From NCBI RefSeq assembly GCF_006345805.1, contig NW_021835506.1, positions 1-40,365 of the forward strand: a stretch of DNA of 40,365 bases. Reading direction: 5' to 3'. This DNA comes from Octopus sinensis. Lineage: Eukaryota. Numbering within the stretch: position 1 is the first letter of the stretch; each line of letters begins with the position of its first letter. Below, in pieces: positions 34,899 to 40,365 of the stretch. The translations under genes were made by a program, and so were the position numbers. Under the pieces are notes generated by a model. It saw only the letters and a program-made list of their open reading frames with translations. It did no database searches and was not told the DNA's origin.

Positions 34899-34915
34899 GG
34901 TATTTGAAGTTTTCG

Positions 34916-35326
34916 GCTAGCTGGCAGAAACGTTAGCACGCCGGGCGAAATGCTTAGCGGTATTTCGTCTGCCGTTACGTTGTGAGTTCAAATTCCGCCG
35001 AGGTTGACTTTGCCTTTCATCCTTTCGGGGTCGATAAATTAAGTACCAGTTACGCACTGGGGTCGAAATAATCGACTTAATACCCATGTCTCTCCTTGTT
35101 TGTCCCCTCTATGTTTAGCCCCTTGTGGGTAGTAAAGAAATAGGTGTTTCGTCTGCCGCTACGTTCTGAGTTCAAATTCCGCCGAGGTCGACTTTGCCGT
35201 TCATCCTTTCGGGGTTGATTAAATAAGTACCAGTTACGCACTGGGGTCGATGTAATCGACTTAATCCGTTTGTCTGTCCTTGTTTGTCCTCTCTGTGTTT
35301 AGCCCCTTGTGGGTAGTAAAGAAATA
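34916..35326 (+). mobile_element. SINE family 1 dimer with 17-bp TSD
   Basis: TSD ggtatttgaagttttcg at 34899-34915 and 35327-35343; internal junction at 35143. Confidence 0.92.
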
Positions 35327-35539
35327 GGTATTTGAAGTTTTCGACCAACTGCTCTTGCACAAGCAATCACAAGTGAATTCCAAATTTCTGGTGGTTTCTT
35401 CGCTGTGTATATTCCTCCGTTGAATTCTTCTACGTCTCCTGATGGTGGTGTTTTTGTTTTGTTTTTGTTTTTTCAGGTATTGGTGTTTATTTAAGAAGTT
35501 CCCTTTGTTACCATGTAGTTTCGTATTTATTCTCATTGC

Positions 35540-36055
<516 letters not shown>

Positions 36056-36392
36056 TACTGGGGCAGGCAAAAAAGAACTCTGAAGTAAATGAGTAATTTT
36101 GAAGAAATATTTATGAACACCCGTAATTATTATACCTTCTTACGCCTACGCCCTCATTTTGATTTTTATCGTAACTGCAACTTTTGACAACTTAATCCGT
36201 TCGTCTTTATCTCTTTCCTGTCATTTTCTTCCTTGCACACTTGATCCTCTTTGATGAGCCACATCCGAACCGTCTTCAGCCTCGACTAGCTCCATCGTTA
36301 TAACGGAACGTGGTTCATTACACCACTGCAATGAAATGTCATCTAAGTCATTGGGTCAATGGCATACGTTACGTCACTCAACTCATTGAAAC

Positions 36393-36805
36393 GCTGCGAG
36401 CTGGCAGAAACGTTAGCACGCCGGGCAAAATGCGTAGCCGTAATTCGTCTACCGTTACGTTCTGAGTTCAAATTCCGCCGTGGTCGACTTTGCCTTTCAT
36501 CCTTTCGGGGGTCGATTAAATAAGTACCAGTTACGCACTGTGGTCGATATGATCGACTTAATCCGTGTGTCTGTCCTTGTTTGTCCTCTCTGTGTGTAGC
36601 CCCTTGTGGGTAGTAAAGAAATAGGTATTTCGTCTGCCGCTACGTTCTGAGTTCAAATTCCGCCGAGGTCGACTTTGCCTTTCATCCTTTCGGGGTCGAT
36701 TAAATAAGTACCAGTTACGCACTGGGGTCGATATAATCGACTTAATCCATGTGTCTGTCCTTGTTTGTCCTCTCTGTGCTTAGCCCCTTGTGGCTAGTAA
36801 AGAAA
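36393..36805 (+). mobile_element. SINE family 1 dimer
   Basis: Junction aagaaataggtatttcgtctgccgctacg at ~36624. Confidence 0.9.
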
Positions 36806-37218
36806 TTGATATGATAACGTTTGAATAAATGCGTCGCTGCCATGACACTTTACTGCTATATCATGTCACGAGTCATGCCATTACATATCACTAACCTCAG
36901 AGTCAAAGACATGATAAGAACTGATGCTTAATACTTAGAAATTATCAACCGTTGATATAGAATATTAGTGTTAATTATGCGATTTGCTCAGGTTACTTTA
37001 GCCACTAATATCAGTGTTTATAAGGAGTGTATCCGTGGTGAGTTAAGCGAGGTGAACAGCTGCTCACAAAAATCCAAACATCGTTGAAATGTGTAGCATA
37101 TATAACCGTTCTGCGATCATATTGTGTGTAGGGTCATATTGTGTGTATGGGTTCGTCATAACATACGGTGCTGGCTATAAATCTATAGATATGCTCTAAC
37201 AATGAAACGAAAACGCTT

Positions 37219-37470
37219 AAGGAGTGGCTGTGTGGTAAGTAGCTTACTTACCAACCACATGGTTCCGGGCTCAGTCGCACTGCGTGGCACCTTGGGCTAG
37301 AGTCTTCTACTATAGCCTCGGGCCGACTAAGGCCTTGTGAGTGGATTTGGTAGACAGAAACTGAAAGAAGCTCGTCGTATATATATATATTATATATATA
37401 TTATATATATTAAAACATTATATATATATATATATATATATGTGGGTGTGTGGGGTGATGTATGTACATA

Positions 37471-37514
<44 letters not shown>

Positions 37515-37740
37515 GTATATGTATGTCTGTATATATATATGTGTGTGTCTGTTTGTACCCCCATCATCGCTTGACAACCGATGCTGGTGCGTTTACGAAA
37601 CCTAGCGGTTCGCTAAAGAACCCCGATATATTAAGTAATAGGCTTACAAAGAATAAGTCCAAGGTTTGATTTGTTCGACTAAAGGCAGTGCTCCAGCATG
37701 GCCGCAGTCAGATTACTGAAACAAATAAAAGAGTAAAAGA
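37219..37740 (+). mobile_element. SINE family 2, full length, with expanded (TA)n
   Basis: Head, body and tail as in the other copies. Confidence 0.9.
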
Positions 37741-37937
37741 ATACTCACAATAGAATGCTATAGTTTGAGTATCTAATATCAGGTTAAGGTTAAGATTAGA
37801 GACATTTTAGCTGTGACCTTCCAGTCATTCATACAGTCATAACATATCAAGGAATACATTGTCAAATGTAGCCGTCAATTTATATATTTTTTAAGAAATT
37901 TTTATTTCTTCTTTTAGATAGCAGAGTATGATTTGAG

Positions 37938-38373
37938 GGATCTTTTCGGTTTGACCGGCAGTTTTTAAAATTATTTCCACGTAACTAAACACTTTTAAAC
38001 TTCGTATACTGGTAGAATGTGTTTATAAAACATCTTTTTCTCTTGGCTTTATTGAGAAAATTCTATAGTTTGTAAGATTTTTTTTTTTTTTTCAATTTCT
38101 GCAATTTCAATCAATCACTGACGTCTATTGAGGTAAAAAAAAAACATTCTGTGCCGTATGAGTATATCCCTCGTTTAAGAAACCGATTGGGTTTATTTAC
38201 ATTTCTGAAGAAAAAAAGATACCCTTCCCCACCTAACCCCAAACCTAACCCTAACTCTAACACTAACCCTAAAACAGATTGAAATGCAATAGATCGATAC
38301 TAGGGTCATAATTATGGGTGACAATTTCACATGACCCCGCTAGAAAAAACTGCCGTTCAAACCGAAAAGATCC
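37938..38373. mobile_element. MITE with 29-bp TIRs and 8-bp TSD (Merlin-like) carrying telomere-like repeats
   Basis: TIRs ggatcttttcggtttga(c/a)cggcagttttt at 37938-37966 and 38345-38373; TSD gatttgag at 37930-37937 and 38374-38381; degenerate (CCCTAA)n at 38232-38272. Confidence 0.9.
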
Positions 38374-38459
38374 GATTTGAGGGAGATTAGACTGATATTT
38401 CTTGCATATCGAACTTGTAGAAGCTCCATCCTTTTCCGGCATCATCTAATATTAAACGC

Positions 38460-38700
38460 AGTCTTTCTCTCCCAAGGAGCATAGAGCATGGACGACTGTC
38501 CTCCACAACTCTCAACTCTGGGCTACATTTTCTGCCAACCACCATTCGAATTCCTGCTTTTTCAGCTCTGTCTCCGTATCCGGCCTCCAGCTATTTCAGG
38601 ATTTTCTCTCTTGTGTGTTCCAGGTCAGAGACGGACGTGTAATGCAGGACGTTGATTTCAATTCGGATTTTACTGCACTGTGTCATGTTTCCCTGAGGGA
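38460..38700 (-). mobile_element. RTE-clade LINE 3' fragment
   Basis: Minus strand: STSCITRPSLTWNTQERK / NSWRPDTETELKKQEFEW / LWRTVVHALCS, matching RTE ITRQALTWNP.GKR...NSWRRD.E.E. Confidence 0.65.
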
Positions 38701-39019
38701 AAGCCTTCCTCTCCCAGGTCCTTGGTTTTCAATTGTCATCGATGATTCAGTAATTTTTTTTTTTGGGGGGGGGGGTTCTAGTTAGGGTTATAGGTCCTGT
38801 GCAACCCCATTTTTACCTATGGGCAAAAATAGGTTTGCGTAGATTAGAGGGGGACAACTAAGAAAGAGCACTTATCTTGGTGATCAGAATGACCGTTGTT
38901 TTGTGATGTGGGGTGTCCCAAATAACCGTTGGAGGTTTCCACTTTCTGGGATATTATTCCTTGTTTGAATTTATCTGTTGCTTCTTTGTACACGCTTTTA
39001 ATACAATCACACATATAAA

Positions 39020-39130
39020 TCTGGCCCCTGTCCTTTGATCAGGCCAGCATGGGAGCCCCTTCCAGGAGCTTGCATTCCAGTGGCATAGCTATTAGGATCA
39101 GTGAGACATATAACCTCCACCCAGTACCAA
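39020..39130 (-). mobile_element. Possible RTE 5' region fragment
   Basis: cctaatagctatgccactggaatgcaagctcctggaaggggctcccatgctggcc...ccagat resembles Rex3/Expander-type 5' regions (recalled, not searched). Confidence 0.35.
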
Positions 39131-39589
39131 GGACTTGACTTCGTGGTGGAAATACAACCTTCAGCAACTCTATATCCTTTCTTAAAGGTACCAACATAGT
39201 TATGACATATCATAACAGTTATGAGCCGACTGACACGCTTAGTAAGTTTTACAACGACACCGCTCTTCTCTTCCCCATTAATCTTACACTTACGGCAGCA
39301 ATCATCTCCTCTTATCAATACTAAACAAAAATAATATTTCAAAATGCAGGGTTCACTCCTTGACTTTAATAAAAGGTCAGCACAAGCTACGAACTTGCCT
39401 TTTAATGTTATATAATAAACTCATAAAAAGCTTTTTCATTATCACGCTTAAGTGAATTTATTAGAAAATGCACTTCTTAGGTCGCTAGTCTTCATTTTAA
39501 TGGTCTTCTTTTTCATCTTTTAAGTAGGTTACCCCCGCTTCTTTAGAATATGGCGATGTTTGTGTTTGTGCGTGCGGTTGGCTGGGATG

Positions 39590-39617
39590 GTCGGTGTGCA
39601 TGTATGATGTATGTATA

Positions 39618-39700
<83 letters not shown>

Positions 39701-40042
39701 ATATATGTATATATGTAGTATGTATGTATGTATGTATGTATGTATGTATGTATGTATGTATGTATGTGTGTGCATGCATGTATGTGTGTATGTGTGTATG
39801 TATGTATGCATGTATATACACACATACACAAACATACGAACAAAAACACTTATACATACACATACGCATGCTCACAGGCATGTATATACACATATATAAA
39901 CACACACACAAACACACACAAGCACAAAAACACTTATACATACACATACGCACGCTCACAGGCATGCATATAAACATATATACATATATAAACACACACA
40001 AACACACAAACACGCACACACATATATATATACCTATATGTA

Positions 40043-40084
<42 letters not shown>

Positions 40085-40198
40085 TGTTGGCCTGCTCGCT
40101 TAGCCAGCGGGGTGGCGTCATTTGATGGCTAAAACAATGCGAAGTGCATTGTGACCAGCGATGTGTAGCAACATCTGATAGCCTGGTTGGTCACAGTG

Positions 40199-40242
<44 letters not shown>

Positions 40243-40281
40243 GTATGTATTAGACATGTATACACACACACACAAACGCAC

Positions 40282-40318
<37 letters not shown>

Positions 40319-40365
40319 TGTGCTTCGGTATGCGTATGTGACTGTCAGGTCGTGTGCCCACACTG
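39590..40365. repeat. Compound (TA)n/(TG)n/(TATG)n/(CA)n microsatellites with a short repeat remnant at ~40090-40200
   Basis: Visible simple repeats. Confidence 0.9.

Noticed and set aside
36992-37036. Short candidate exon ending at a GTG|GTGAGT donor
   Set aside because: Weak acceptor, only 15 codons and no homology; expected by chance.

Overview
A 40.4-kb AT-rich eukaryotic window dominated by microsatellites and transposable elements. The three tRNA-derived SINE families and the microsatellite load look like an octopus (coleoid cephalopod) intron or intergenic region; this is inferred from memory, not from a search. No complete host gene, rRNA, tRNA gene or CRISPR array is supported, and almost all ORFs in the track are microsatellite or antisense-SINE artefacts. 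Recognisable protein homology comes only from TE relics: a Helitron Pif1-type helicase fragment (7.5-7.9 kb, -), a Tigger/pogo DDE transposase interrupted by a solo LTR (14.0-15.5 kb, -), the restriction-like endonuclease of an R4/Dong element in a (TAA)n array (20.9-21.3 kb), an L1/Tx1 reverse transcriptase with a YADD motif split by two SINEs (29.8-31.3 kb), RTE 3' ends, and the C-terminal half of a Penelope-type GIY-YIG endonuclease (33.65-34.3 kb). There are also two GG-terminated MITEs with 8-bp TSDs (Merlin-like), a mariner MITE, non-autonomous Helitrons and foldback elements. The most interesting observations are: (1) a stop-free GIY-YIG segment that begins exactly at a strong splice acceptor, has a SINE inserted five codons before its stop, and is followed by a hammerhead-like motif; (2) three degenerate minimal hammerhead-ribozyme-like motifs; (3) a SINE that occurs as precise 184-bp-period dimers inserted as single units, with TSDs that all begin with the same GGT as the SINE's own tail; (4) a Dong 5' junction with a direct plus inverted duplication of its first nucleotides. 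These are inferences from manual reading and need the computational checks listed.
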